Positions 20,921 to 30,749 of a stretch of DNA of 64,000 nucleotides are shown in pieces. Below the pieces are notes generated by a model. It was given only the letters and a program-made list of their open reading frames with translations, ran no database searches and was not told the DNA's origin. Position numbers and translations under genes: made by a program. Source of the DNA: Bacteroidales bacterium (GTDB taxonomy: Bacteria; Bacteroidota; Bacteroidia; Bacteroidales; F082); NCBI GenBank assembly GCA_013141455.1, contig JABFQW010000030.1, forward strand, positions 1,677 to 65,676, written 5' to 3'. Each line of letters opens with the position of its first letter. Position 1 is the stretch's first letter.

Positions 20921-22723
20921 ATGAAAATGAAAAAGACCTTACTAATTCTCCTGCTTATCCTCTTGAGTGTAGCAGGATTTCCGCAAAGATTCGAAGTTGC
21001 AACTTCTGATCCTTTGATTCCGTTTAAACGGCACTACTCCTACTCAATCGAAGGAGCTTACGTCAATGACAGACCACGTCAGGTTGTTGCCGGAAACCAA
21101 ACCGACTGGCTGGTGAACAGCAAAGTAATTAAAGGAAACTCCATCGAAGGCACCACATTTCTTTCTGGTCGAGCTGTTGAACTGACCAATGAAACAGCAA
21201 ACATCCTGCTGACAGATTTTATCATTACCCCGGATAACCTTGAATCGGAATACGCCGCCGGCACCGGCATTTATTTTCCGTCTGGTCCAACTGGTATGGG
21301 GTATGTCTACCTGGGTATCTATGAAAGAAGAACCATGCAAATCATTAGTTTAAAGTATTTTGATCTTCTTTATCCTGGTGAAGAACCCCGGAATACGGCC
21401 GGAACAAGGATCAAATATTCATCAAGGGAAAACGCTTATTATATCAGTGGGATCATGGTTGACCGCACATTTGTAAGCATGGACCTGGATAATCTGATGT
21501 GCAGGTCCAAAGGATTCATCATGAAAGTTGATCCTGCACTAAATCAAGCCGGTGTTTTGATTCTTGATCCGGACCCGATTGCTGATCCGGAAGTTGCATG
21601 GCTTTGTTCAGTCAATGATATGGTGATCAATGCTGATGAGACCATTATTGCCTTTACCGGAATCAATACAAAAGAAGGATCCACTGGTTATCATCAGCCT
21701 ATGGCCGGGATGATCGACATGAATCTGAATCCACTGTGGTACAATGTTTATGAACTTACCGACCAGCGTTATTCAGGAATTGATGTAGAATTGGGCCTGA
21801 ATGATGAAAGACTTTTCGTGTTGCTTAATTCAGAAAGGAGGCCTTTTGCCATCATGGAATTAGACAGAAACGGTTTAATATTGCAACAACCCGAACAATA
21901 TACTTTCTCCATGCCCCCATGCTATGATCCTTCGGCTCGGATATTGCCTGGCACAGCTCGTGCACATATCATGCATTACACCGAAAACAACGGATTGATC
22001 GTTACCGGGAACTGTTTTGTAGAATCTGATACAAGAGTACTGTATCAAAGTCTCTTTAGCTACGACATCCCGAATGCCGCAGATTTAAGATCGGGAAACA
22101 CATATTTCGGCACGTATTCCTGTGATCTGGTTCCGCTTGGAGGTCAGTTCCTGCTTACAAGCTGGTGGGCGCCGGAAAATTCGTTGTATCGGAATGCAAA
22201 CCTTTACATTGTGGGATCGTACAACGAGAATAACAACCAAACTTATGGTTACAATTATATTGATGTAAACGGTTTTGACACATCTGATTCACATTGTTAT
22301 GTACAAGGCAAGGTTGAACTACTTGATCTAAATACAAAACCTTTCAAAAAAGGAGTAGCAGAGGGCGTAACCTATGCTGAAGAGCTTGAAAGGTTCATTT
22401 ATCCCTGGATACCTGAACCAAATCCGGAATGTGCGGGCAATAGTAAATCAACTTCAGTAACCAGCGAAGAAGATCTGACAGGAGGCAATATCTGGAAATA
22501 TGCCGGAATTGATGAAGGAGGAATTCATGCTATTCTGAATACAGAAAAACCATGCAAATATCAGATCAGTGTTTATGATATCATGGGTAAGAAAGTATTT
22601 TTTTCAGAGTACAATGTTGAAGGACAGAAATATGTTTACCTTAAATTCGATACAGAAAGTCAGCTGTACCTGATCAGTGTCAATAATGGAATCACGTTTG
22701 AGACAATCAAGGTATCAAGATAA
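20921..22723 (+). CDS. Hypothetical secreted protein with a T9SS C-terminal sorting domain
   Basis: Signal peptide MKMKKTLLILLLILLSVAGFPQ at the ATG at 20921. The track ORF starts at an upstream GTG at 20819 that lacks signal character. The C-terminal ~80 aa (YQISVYDIMGKKVFF...LYLISVNNGITFETIKVSR) fit the Por/T9SS tail. The body is unrecognised. Confidence 0.75.
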   Translation: MKMKKTLLILLLILLSVAGFPQRFEVATSDPLIPFKRHYSYSIEGAYVNDRPRQVVAGNQTDWLVNSKVIKGNSIEGTTFLSGRAVELTNETANILLTDFIITPDNLESEYAAGTGIYFPSGPTGMGYVYLGIYERRTMQIISLKYFDLLYPGEEPRNTAGTRIKYSSRENAYYISGIMVDRTFVSMDLDNLMCRSKGFIMKVDPALNQAGVLILDPDPIADPEVAWLCSVNDMVINADETIIAFTGINTKEGSTGYHQPMAGMIDMNLNPLWYNVYELTDQRYSGIDVELGLNDERLFVLLNSERRPFAIMELDRNGLILQQPEQYTFSMPPCYDPSARILPGTARAHIMHYTENNGLIVTGNCFVESDTRVLYQSLFSYDIPNAADLRSGNTYFGTYSCDLVPLGGQFLLTSWWAPENSLYRNANLYIVGSYNENNNQTYGYNYIDVNGFDTSDSHCYVQGKVELLDLNTKPFKKGVAEGVTYAEELERFIYPWIPEPNPECAGNSKSTSVTSEEDLTGGNIWKYAGIDEGGIHAILNTEKPCKYQISVYDIMGKKVFFSEYNVEGQKYVYLKFDTESQLYLISVNNGITFETIKVSR

Positions 22724-22748
22724 GCGTTCCTTTTGAAGTGATTTGCAT

Positions 22749-22778
22749 AAAACCCTGTTGAATTCTCAACAGGGTTTT
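22749..22778 (+). terminator. Intrinsic terminator
   Basis: AAAACCCTGTTGA-attc-TCAACAGGGTTTT, 25 nt after the stop. Confidence 0.85.
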
Positions 22779-23093
22779 ATAATATTAACCCGAGTTCAAT
22801 ATAAGAGACTTCGCAGATATGTGAAACTATAAGGAATGTTTTGTAGCATTATAGTATTGAGATACATTTTTAATACAAAAAAACCTATCAGCAAAGAATT
22901 TTACATAGTAATGGAGTGGCGCCAAATGGCAGAAATGAATAGATGTGGAAACTAAGTTAATTGGTTAAAAAAGCATCCATAATAGAGGTAAGGCCGCGCG
23001 GTTTTATATGTCAAGTGATTTTTGAGATTTAGAATCGTTATGAATGGCACAAACCGATATGCTCATCAAAATAGACCTGTTTCAGGAAGTAAT

Positions 23094-23131
23094 AAAAAAG
23101 CCGCCTCGTCATTCATGACGAGGCGGCTTTT
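23094..23131 (-). terminator. Intrinsic terminator downstream of nifJ (bidirectional form)
   Basis: AAAAAA-GCCGCCTCGTCA-ttca-TGACGAGGCGGC-TTTT. It gives a hairpin plus a U-run on either strand. Confidence 0.85.
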
Positions 23132-23150
23132 GAATATTAGGTTCAAAGGA

Positions 23151-26100
23151 CTATTTTTTTGAATAATCCATTGCTTCGAGTCGTTTGTAATGGTTGTAAC
23201 GCCATTGTGCATTTTCCAGAGCCAGATTTGCTAAAACACCGGCCTGTTCAGGGAAGGTTTTACTCAGGGATGAGAAACGAACTTCGCTGGAGAGGAAATC
23301 CTGGAATTTTGTCCAGTCCGGTTCTTTTGAATCGAGTTGGAAAGGATTTTTTCCTTCGGCTTCCAATGCAGGATTATACCTGAACATCTGCCAGTATCCG
23401 GCTTCAACCGCGAGTTTTTCTTCATGCTGGGTTTTTCCCATGCCCACGCGCAGCCCATGGTTGATACACGGAGCATAAGCAATAATGATAGAAGGTCCGG
23501 GGAATGCTTCCGCCTCTTTTATTGTTTTGAGGAATTGATTCTGGTTGGCACCCATCGCAACCTGAGCGACATAGATGTAACCATAACTCATCATCATCGA
23601 GCCAAGGTCTTTTTTCTTCACTTTCTTTCCGGATGTAGCAAATTTGGCAACGGCTCCGACCGGAGTCGATTTCGATGCCTGTCCGCCGGTATTCGAATAA
23701 ACTTCGGTATCCAGGACAAGAATATTCACATTTTCACCGGAAGCGAGCACATGATCTAACCCGCCGAATCCAATATCGTAAGCCCAGCCATCGCCGCCAA
23801 ATATCCAGTTCGATTTTTTAACAAAATATTGTTTCAGAGACATTAATTCTTTGGCTGAATCATCATTCTGTCCTTCGAGCACTTCATTCAGTTTTGCAGA
23901 AGCAATTTTTGACGCCTCAGCATCGTTGAATGCCGCGATCCAATTTTCAAATGCTTCTTTTCTTTCAGTCGAAACACCTGCATTTATTGCATCGTGCATC
24001 CTTAAGGCGATACGTTCGCGTAGTTTGTTTCCGGCAATAGCCATTCCAAAACCATACTCAGCATTATCTTCAAATAATGAATTTGCCCAGGCCGGACCTT
24101 TGCCTTCAGCATTGGTGCAATAAGGCGTACTTGGCGCCGAACCTCCATAAATGGATGAACAACCGGTAGCGTTAGCCACCATCATACGATCACCATAAAG
24201 TTGCGTGATGGTTTTAATATAGGGCGTTTCTCCGCAACCGGCACAGGCGCCCGAAAACTCGAACAAAGGTTGTGCAAACTGGCTGTTTTTCACGGTTGCC
24301 ATTTTATCAACGATATTGTCTTTATAGGTGACATGCTTTGCAAAATAATCCCAACGACCGATTTCGGCAAACTGCGATTCGAGTGGTTTCATAATCAGGG
24401 CTTTGCCCGGTGAAGGACAAACATCGGCACAATTGCCGCAACCTGTACAGTCTAATGTACTTACCTGTATCCTGAATTTATGCGGTGCAAATTTTCCTTT
24501 GGTAGTCTGATACATTGTTCCTTCAGGTGCCTTGCTTTCTTCCTCCGCATTCACGAGGAAAGGACGAATAGCAGCGTGGGGACAAACATAGGAGCATTGG
24601 TTACACTGGATACATTCTTCGGTTTGCCATTCGGGCACATTCACAGCTATACCACGTTTTTCGTAAGCGGTTGTGCCTGATGGGAAGGTACCGTCTTCAC
24701 GGTTCAGGAATGCACTTACCGGAAGGTCGTCGCCTTTCATGCTGTTGATGGGTTGAACCACATTACGGATGAAATCAGGAACCGACATATCTTGTTCTAT
24801 CGGTTTTATTTTCAATTTTGCCCATTCGGCCGGAACCTCAATTTTTTCGACTTCACCACCACGGTCAACAGCGGCATAGTTCATCTTCACGATTTTTTCG
24901 CCCTTGTTTCCATACGATTTCAGGATGAATGATTTCATCTTGTCAACTGATTGTTCGTAAGGGATAATCTCAGCAATTTTAAAGAATGCCGACTGCATGA
25001 TGGTGTTTGTGCGTCCACCCAAACCAATTTCTTCGGCAATTTTTGTCGCATTGAGGATATAGAACGAAATATCGTTTTCGGCGAGGTATTTTTTTATCTC
25101 ATCCGGAAGCTTTGATTTCGTTTCTTCAGCGTCCCAGATACTGTTTAACAGGAACATACCGCCTTTTTTCAGACCTTTGGTCATATCATATTTTCCCAGA
25201 TAGGATGGAACATGACAGGCAACCAGGTCGGGTTGGTTGACGAGGTAAGTTGAGCGGATCGGGTGATCGCCAAAACGTAAGTGTGATGTTGTGATACCTC
25301 CCGATTTCTTTGAATCGTAGGCAAAATATGCCTGAGCATATTTGTCGGTTGTTTCGCCGATAATCTTGATCGAGTTTTTATTTGCTCCAACAGTTCCATC
25401 AGCACCCAAGCCATAAAATTTTGCTTCGTAGGTGCCTTTTGGTGAAACATTGATTTCGGGCAGTAATGGCAAGGAAAGGAATTTCACATCATCGACGATG
25501 CCAACCGTGAAACCGGTTTTTGGTTCATTCATTTTCAGGTTGTTATACACCGAAAGTATCATGGCCGGGGTAGTGTCTTTCGAACTCAATCCATAACGTC
25601 CACCAACAATCAAAGGCGCGTTTTTGCGGCCATAAAATACATCCTTCACATCTAATAACAGGGGTTCGCCATTGGCGCCCGGTTCTTTGGTGCGATCGAG
25701 GACCGCAATACGTTTTACTGTTTCGGGAATTACATTCAATAAGTATTTAGCCGAGAATGGGCGATAAAGATGTACGGCAACCAATCCGACTTTCTCGCCT
25801 TTGGCGGCCATATAATCGATGGTTTCGCGGATGGTTTCGGTAACCGAACCGATAGCAATAATAATATTTTCGGCATCGGGAGCGCCATAATAAACAAACG
25901 GATGGTATTCGCGACCGGTGAGTTTGGTGATCGATTGCATATAATCATCAACCATCTCAGGTATGCCATCGTAGAAGGTGTTGGCAGCTTCGCGTGACTG
26001 GAAATATATGTCAGGATTTTGAGCGGTACCACGTGTTACAGGATGCTCAGGATTCAAAGCATTGTCGCGATATCGTTTCAATGCATCCCAGTCAACAAGT

Positions 26101-26684
26101 GGCTTCAGGTCTTCGATCTGAAGCATCGATACCTTTTGAATTTCGTGTGAAGTGCGGAATCCATCAAAAAAATGCAGGAAAGGAATCCTTGATTTAATTG
26201 CTGCAAGGTGGGCAATAGCGGCAAGATCCATAATCTCCTGAACGCTTCCGGTGGCAAGCATGGCAAATCCGGTTTGACGGGCAGCCATCACATCGCTGTG
26301 ATCGCCGAAAATAGATAAAGCCTGAGCAGCCAAACTACGTGCAGTTACATGGAAAACACCGGGCAAAAGTTCACCGGCAATTTTGTACATATTGGGAATC
26401 ATCAGCAATAATCCTTGTGATGCAGTGAAAGTCGAAGTCAGCGCTCCGGCCTGCAATGAACCATGAACGGCACCCGAAGCGCCACCTTCCGATTGCATCT
26501 CGGCAACATGAACTGTTTCACCAAAAATATTTTCACGACCGTAGGATGCCCATTCGTCCACATATTCGGCCATTGTTGAAGAAGGAGTGATTGGATAAAT
26601 AGCTGCGACTTCGCTGAACATATAGGCAACATGGGCTGCTGCATAATTCCCGTCACAGGTAATAAATTTCTTTTTACTTTCCAT
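23151..26684 (-). CDS. nifJ: Pyruvate:ferredoxin (flavodoxin) oxidoreductase
   Basis: The 1177-aa length is typical. N-terminus is DGNYAAAHVAYMFSEVAAIYPITPSS. Two 4Fe-4S motifs (CIQCNQCSYVCPHAAIRP and CTGCGNCADVCP). TPP region GGDGWAYDIGFGGLDHV. Confidence 0.97.
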   Translation of the reverse strand: MESKKKFITCDGNYAAAHVAYMFSEVAAIYPITPSSTMAEYVDEWASYGRENIFGETVHVAEMQSEGGASGAVHGSLQAGALTSTFTASQGLLLMIPNMYKIAGELLPGVFHVTARSLAAQALSIFGDHSDVMAARQTGFAMLATGSVQEIMDLAAIAHLAAIKSRIPFLHFFDGFRTSHEIQKVSMLQIEDLKPLVDWDALKRYRDNALNPEHPVTRGTAQNPDIYFQSREAANTFYDGIPEMVDDYMQSITKLTGREYHPFVYYGAPDAENIIIAIGSVTETIRETIDYMAAKGEKVGLVAVHLYRPFSAKYLLNVIPETVKRIAVLDRTKEPGANGEPLLLDVKDVFYGRKNAPLIVGGRYGLSSKDTTPAMILSVYNNLKMNEPKTGFTVGIVDDVKFLSLPLLPEINVSPKGTYEAKFYGLGADGTVGANKNSIKIIGETTDKYAQAYFAYDSKKSGGITTSHLRFGDHPIRSTYLVNQPDLVACHVPSYLGKYDMTKGLKKGGMFLLNSIWDAEETKSKLPDEIKKYLAENDISFYILNATKIAEEIGLGGRTNTIMQSAFFKIAEIIPYEQSVDKMKSFILKSYGNKGEKIVKMNYAAVDRGGEVEKIEVPAEWAKLKIKPIEQDMSVPDFIRNVVQPINSMKGDDLPVSAFLNREDGTFPSGTTAYEKRGIAVNVPEWQTEECIQCNQCSYVCPHAAIRPFLVNAEEESKAPEGTMYQTTKGKFAPHKFRIQVSTLDCTGCGNCADVCPSPGKALIMKPLESQFAEIGRWDYFAKHVTYKDNIVDKMATVKNSQFAQPLFEFSGACAGCGETPYIKTITQLYGDRMMVANATGCSSIYGGSAPSTPYCTNAEGKGPAWANSLFEDNAEYGFGMAIAGNKLRERIALRMHDAINAGVSTERKEAFENWIAAFNDAEASKIASAKLNEVLEGQNDDSAKELMSLKQYFVKKSNWIFGGDGWAYDIGFGGLDHVLASGENVNILVLDTEVYSNTGGQASKSTPVGAVAKFATSGKKVKKKDLGSMMMSYGYIYVAQVAMGANQNQFLKTIKEAEAFPGPSIIIAYAPCINHGLRVGMGKTQHEEKLAVEAGYWQMFRYNPALEAEGKNPFQLDSKEPDWTKFQDFLSSEVRFSSLSKTFPEQAGVLANLALENAQWRYNHYKRLEAMDYSKK

Positions 26685-26914
26685 ATCTATTTTATTTATA
26701 GTAACTTAGGTTTAAAATTTCGATGCATTGCATTGAGTGTGCAAAATTACTAAAATATACTTGGAGCCTGAACGGTTTTAGCCTTTTCGCACCGCTCAGA
26801 CACTAATTTATAATCGTTTTAGATTAATTTCAACTTTCGGTTTCTTTTGAATTTTTTAATAAATTTACCGCTCGAAAATGCCTTTATTTTAACTGAAATA
26901 TTAAACTTAAAAAT

Positions 26915-27928
26915 ATGGATCTCAAGACCAGATACCTTGGATTAAACTTAAAGAATCCGCTTATCGTTGGTGCAAGCAACCTCGTTACCGATATCGATAT
27001 GCTTAAAAAAATCGAAGATGCCGGCGCTGCTGCAATCGTGTATAAATCGTTGTTTGAAGAACAGATTCACCTCGAAAACCTGGAGTTGCATCAGGAGATG
27101 ACCGACTATAATGATCGCAACGCGGAGATGAATAACCTGTTTCAAAGTAATTTGTATGAAGCCGGTCCTGAGGAATTCCTGCATAAATTCGGTGTAGCTA
27201 AAAAGGCAGTCAATATCCCTTTGATCGCCAGTTTAAATGCCGTTTATGATGAAAGTTGGTACGAATTTGCCAAAAAGCTTGAGGATGCAGGGGCTGATGC
27301 CATTGAGTTGAATTTTTATTCGACCCCGGCCGATTTCGATATTGACGGTCGTAGCATTATTAATGAAGAATTAGATGTGATTGAAGGTGTGAAAGCTGCT
27401 GTAAAAATACCGGTAAGTGTGAAACTCAGCCCTTTTTATACCAATCCGCTCTTTACAATTTCGGAGATGGATAAAAAAGGTGTGGATGGCCTGGTACTAT
27501 TTAACCGCTTGTTTCAACCCGACATCAATATTGACACTGAAACGCATCATTTTCCGTATAATCTGAGCCACGAACAAGATAACCGTCTGGCACTGAGATA
27601 TGCTGGTTTGCTCTTTGGTAATGTGAACGCCGATGTTTGCGCCTCGATGGGCATTTTTACGGGCGCCGATGTGATCAAGATGATACTTGCAGGCGCTAAT
27701 GTTGTTCAGGTTGTTAGCACCTTATACAAACACGGACCAATGCAAATCACAAGAATGCTTGAAGAAATTGAACAATGGATGGCATCGAAACAATACGATT
27801 CACTCAACGATTTTCGTGGAAAACTTTCAGCAAAAAACACGAAAGATCAATTTACGTATCGCAGGGCACAATATGTTGATATTCTGATGAAATCGAATGA
27901 TATTTTCAATAGTTACCCAATGCGCTGA
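26915..27928 (+). CDS. Dihydroorotate dehydrogenase-like FMN TIM-barrel protein
   Basis: The N-terminus LKTRYLGLNLKNPLIVGASN, then ADAIELNFYS and VSVKLSPF, fit the PyrD-like family. It lacks obvious context for canonical pyrD. Confidence 0.75.
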   Translation: MDLKTRYLGLNLKNPLIVGASNLVTDIDMLKKIEDAGAAAIVYKSLFEEQIHLENLELHQEMTDYNDRNAEMNNLFQSNLYEAGPEEFLHKFGVAKKAVNIPLIASLNAVYDESWYEFAKKLEDAGADAIELNFYSTPADFDIDGRSIINEELDVIEGVKAAVKIPVSVKLSPFYTNPLFTISEMDKKGVDGLVLFNRLFQPDINIDTETHHFPYNLSHEQDNRLALRYAGLLFGNVNADVCASMGIFTGADVIKMILAGANVVQVVSTLYKHGPMQITRMLEEIEQWMASKQYDSLNDFRGKLSAKNTKDQFTYRRAQYVDILMKSNDIFNSYPMR

Positions 27929-27971
27929 TAAACGATTTGTTGTCATCATTTTCAAATTGTAACATAGTTTT

Positions 27972-28008
27972 AGCCGTAGATCAGGAATTCTGGTTTACGG
28001 CTTTTCTT
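27972..28008 (+). terminator. Possible terminator hairpin
   Basis: AGCCGTA-(17 nt)-TACGGCT followed by TTTCTTTG. The loop is long, so confidence is modest. Confidence 0.35.
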
Positions 28009-28089
28009 TGTCGGTTCATTACCTGTTAAGTTGGTTATAATGGGTTTGTTTTGCATCATAATTAATGTAATTTCGCCAAAAGAAATTGA

Positions 28090-28884
28090 ATGAATTTCGA
28101 TAACAATACTTTTTGGATTACCGGGGCAGCATCTGGAATGGGTCGCAGTGTAGCCATTGAGATTTCGAAGTCGCGGGCACGATTAATAATCTCCGACAGG
28201 GATGCTGCCGGATTAAACGCAACTGCCTCCATCATTAAAAATAATGGCAGTGAGGTGATAACCGAAGTATTGGATATGTCGGATAGCAATGCCATAAAAG
28301 AAACCTCAGCAAAAGTTTTGGATTTGGTGGGAAGGATCGACGGGCTCTATCAATTTGCCGGGATCAGTCAGCGGTCGTTGGTTATTGATACACCGATAGA
28401 AAATGACCACAGGATTATGGAAATAAACTACTTTGGTGTGATTGCACTCGCGAAAGCTGTTTTACCATCCATGATTGCTCAGGGAGGCGGTCAATTGGCT
28501 GTTACCTCAAGTCTGGTCGGGAAATTCGGATTTCCGTTACGTTCGGCTTATTCCGCATCGAAACACGCCCTGCATGGTTATTTTGAAAGTCTGTTAGCCG
28601 AGAATTCGAAAAATAACATACGTGTAAGTATCCTCATTCCAGGGAGAATTCAAACGAATATCTCTAAGTTTGCACTCGACAAGGAAGGGAAAGAATATGG
28701 TAAGATGGATGAAGGACAAGCCAACGGGATTTCAGCGGAAAAAGCTGCAAGACAGATTTGTCGTGGTTTACGTAAAGAGAAAAATGAAGTTTTGGTAGGT
28801 GGGAAAGAACTTATGATGTTGTATATCAGGCGTTTTTTTCCTTCAGTATATTATAAATTGGCGGTGAAATTGAAACCAACGTAA
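28090..28884 (+). CDS. Short-chain dehydrogenase/reductase (SDR)
   Basis: Cofactor motif TGAASGMGRS and catalytic YSASKHAL. Confidence 0.9.
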   Translation: MNFDNNTFWITGAASGMGRSVAIEISKSRARLIISDRDAAGLNATASIIKNNGSEVITEVLDMSDSNAIKETSAKVLDLVGRIDGLYQFAGISQRSLVIDTPIENDHRIMEINYFGVIALAKAVLPSMIAQGGGQLAVTSSLVGKFGFPLRSAYSASKHALHGYFESLLAENSKNNIRVSILIPGRIQTNISKFALDKEGKEYGKMDEGQANGISAEKAARQICRGLRKEKNEVLVGGKELMMLYIRRFFPSVYYKLAVKLKPT

Positions 28885-28900
28885 TCAAAACAGAATTTTC

Positions 28901-29962
28901 ATGAAAATGCAAATCAACGGAATTCAACAGTTAGGGGTTGGAGTTACCAATATCGAAGAGGCTTTTGCATGGTATCGCAAACATTTTGGAATGGATATCA
29001 AGATGTTCGAGGAGGCTGCCATGGCCGAATTGATGCTACCGCATACTGAAAATGAACCACGAAGTCGTCATGCTATATTAGCGCTGAATATGCAGGGCGG
29101 TGGTGGTTTCGAGATATGGCAACATACCGGCAGGGTGCCTCATCATCCCGAATTTGAAATACAATTGGGTGATCTTGGTATTTTTATTGGCAAACTTAAG
29201 ACGTCGGATATAAACAAAGCATTTACCTATTGCCATAATCTTGGGTTAAAACTTTTTGGAGAAATTGGTAAAAATCCTTACGGAACCGATCATTTCTTCG
29301 TTAGGGATATCTATAATAATATCTGGGAAATCATTCAAACCGGAGCGCCGGTGTTTAAAACCAAATCCATTACCGGAGGCGTTTTTGGCGTTATAATCGG
29401 GGTGAGCGATATTGAAAAGAGCCTGGTGGTATATCGCGACCTGCTTGGTTTTGATGTGGTTGAGTATGATGTTACTGACAGTTTTAATGACTTCTCAGCA
29501 TTGCCTGGCGGAAAAAATAAATGCCGGAGAATCTTAATAAAACATAGCAGAAAAGTGAATGGCGCCTTTAGCCCGGTACTTGGGCCAAGTTGTATCGAAC
29601 TTGTGCAAACACTTGATTATAAGGGGAAACCGATCTATGACGGGAGAATCTGGGGTGATCCCGGTTTTATCCATCTCTGTTATGACATCAATGGCATGGA
29701 CGATTTGCGTGAAAAAGCGAATCAGCATGGTTTTCCATTCACCGTTGATAGCGCCATCTCGATGGATACCTTTGATATGGGCGAGGCTGCCGGTAGTTTC
29801 GCTTACATTCAGGCGCCTGAAGGTACATTGATCGAGTTTGTAGAAACACATAAAATACCACTCATCAGGAAGATTGGCTGGTATTTGAATTTTGATAATC
29901 GTAAAATAAAACCTCTGCCACGTTGGGTTTTTCATTTGTTTGGTCTGATGCGGGTGAAGTAG
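28901..29962 (+). CDS. VOC (glyoxalase/bleomycin-resistance/dioxygenase) family protein with two modules
   Basis: INGIQQLGVGVTNIEEAFAWYRKHFGMD and a second GVIIGVSDIEKSLVVYRDLLGFD module resemble tandem VOC beta-alpha-beta-beta-beta units. Confidence 0.65.
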   Translation: MKMQINGIQQLGVGVTNIEEAFAWYRKHFGMDIKMFEEAAMAELMLPHTENEPRSRHAILALNMQGGGGFEIWQHTGRVPHHPEFEIQLGDLGIFIGKLKTSDINKAFTYCHNLGLKLFGEIGKNPYGTDHFFVRDIYNNIWEIIQTGAPVFKTKSITGGVFGVIIGVSDIEKSLVVYRDLLGFDVVEYDVTDSFNDFSALPGGKNKCRRILIKHSRKVNGAFSPVLGPSCIELVQTLDYKGKPIYDGRIWGDPGFIHLCYDINGMDDLREKANQHGFPFTVDSAISMDTFDMGEAAGSFAYIQAPEGTLIEFVETHKIPLIRKIGWYLNFDNRKIKPLPRWVFHLFGLMRVK

Positions 29963-29995
29963 GTGAAAGTTGCCTGCCTCGGCAGAATGACGAGG

Positions 29996-30028
29996 GAAGT
30001 CCGAAGTCCGAAGACCGAAGTCAGAAGT
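29996..30028. repeat. Tandem 7-bp repeat GAAGTCC, about 4.7 copies
   Basis: gaagtcc gaagtcc gaagacc gaagtca gaagt, immediately downstream of short GC hairpins (CCTCG...CGAGG) that follow the stop at 29960-29962. Confidence 0.8.
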
Positions 30029-30139
30029 ATGAAATTGATTATTAAAGATTGAGCCCACTCCGAAACTGATTAAAGAAGAAATGCCACCAAAACCCCAAGA
30101 CTATAAAGTGCATCAAAACCTCACAATCAACGTTTTAAC

Positions 30140-30176
30140 TTTGGTGAAATTTGGTGTTTTTGTGGTTTTGTGGCAA
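30140..30176. repeat. Degenerate GGTG/TGTGG-rich short-period repeat ending in GTGGCAA
   Basis: tttggtgaaa tttggtgttt ttgtggtttt gtggcaa. A similar block occurs at 32187-32222. Confidence 0.5.
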
Positions 30177-30245
30177 TATTTTGCTTTTCGGAGGGGACTC
30201 AATATTGTAAATTGTGGTTACAAGTAAACTCCAAATTCCTGAACC

Positions 30246-30683
30246 ATGAAACCAAAAGTAATGTTACGATTTGCATCCGGAATACTTATTCTTTTTACTT
30301 TCTGGCATATAGCCGTTCATTTTACCCGACACAATACGAAGGATATCAGGATACAAAAGGTGTTGAAGGCGATGACGGAGAATAAATTTGAAATGTTTGG
30401 CCAATTGCGCAGTTATGATGATAACTACAACGGCATGAGCCTGAACCTGATATTCTCGTTGCTCGCTTTTTCAATCATGCTCTGGATTCTTTCGATTTTT
30501 ACCGAAAGAAACCGCGTGCTTGTACGGGCATTATTGGTGCCGATCAGTTTTTGCCTGATAGGATATTCTATCACCGGTTTCTTGTATTTTTCCCCGATTC
30601 CGGCTTACACCAGCTTTATCGCAGCAGTATTAACGATTGTATGTGTTTTTAAAATGGTTAATAAAAATAGCGAACTAAAGTGA
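30246..30683 (+). CDS. Hypothetical integral membrane protein (about 4 TM segments)
   Basis: 145-aa ORF with four hydrophobic segments. No family recognised. Confidence 0.5.
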   Translation: MKPKVMLRFASGILILFTFWHIAVHFTRHNTKDIRIQKVLKAMTENKFEMFGQLRSYDDNYNGMSLNLIFSLLAFSIMLWILSIFTERNRVLVRALLVPISFCLIGYSITGFLYFSPIPAYTSFIAAVLTIVCVFKMVNKNSELK

Positions 30684-30696
30684 GCTAAAGTTTAAA

Positions 30697-30749
30697 CCTA
30701 TAAACCCTATACCCCTATACCCCTATACCCCTATCAACCTCTCAACTTC
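30697..30749. repeat. Tandem 8-bp repeat CCCTATAC x3 with degenerate flanking copies
   Basis: cctataaa ccctatac ccctatac ccctatac ccctatca acctctca, lying between two convergent genes. Confidence 0.8.

Noticed and set aside
26685-26914. Riboswitch or leader RNAs in the larger 5' regions (also 13099-13302 and 45428-45777)
   Set aside because: No sequence blocks characteristic of TPP, cobalamin, SAM, FMN or other common riboswitches were recognised, and the downstream genes are not typical riboswitch targets. This cannot be fully excluded without a covariance-model scan.
23151-27928. Divergent nifJ and dihydroorotate-dehydrogenase-like pair as a novel redox module
   Set aside because: Both are common anaerobe genes. 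Adjacency alone, without conserved coupling that I can verify, is not noteworthy. The shared 230-bp promoter region shows no special structure.
29534-30058. 174-aa minus-strand ORF overlapping the 3' end of the VOC gene
   Set aside because: It is antisense to a well-supported gene. Its N-terminus is just the translated GAAGTCC microsatellite (RTSDFGLRTSDF). It is spurious.
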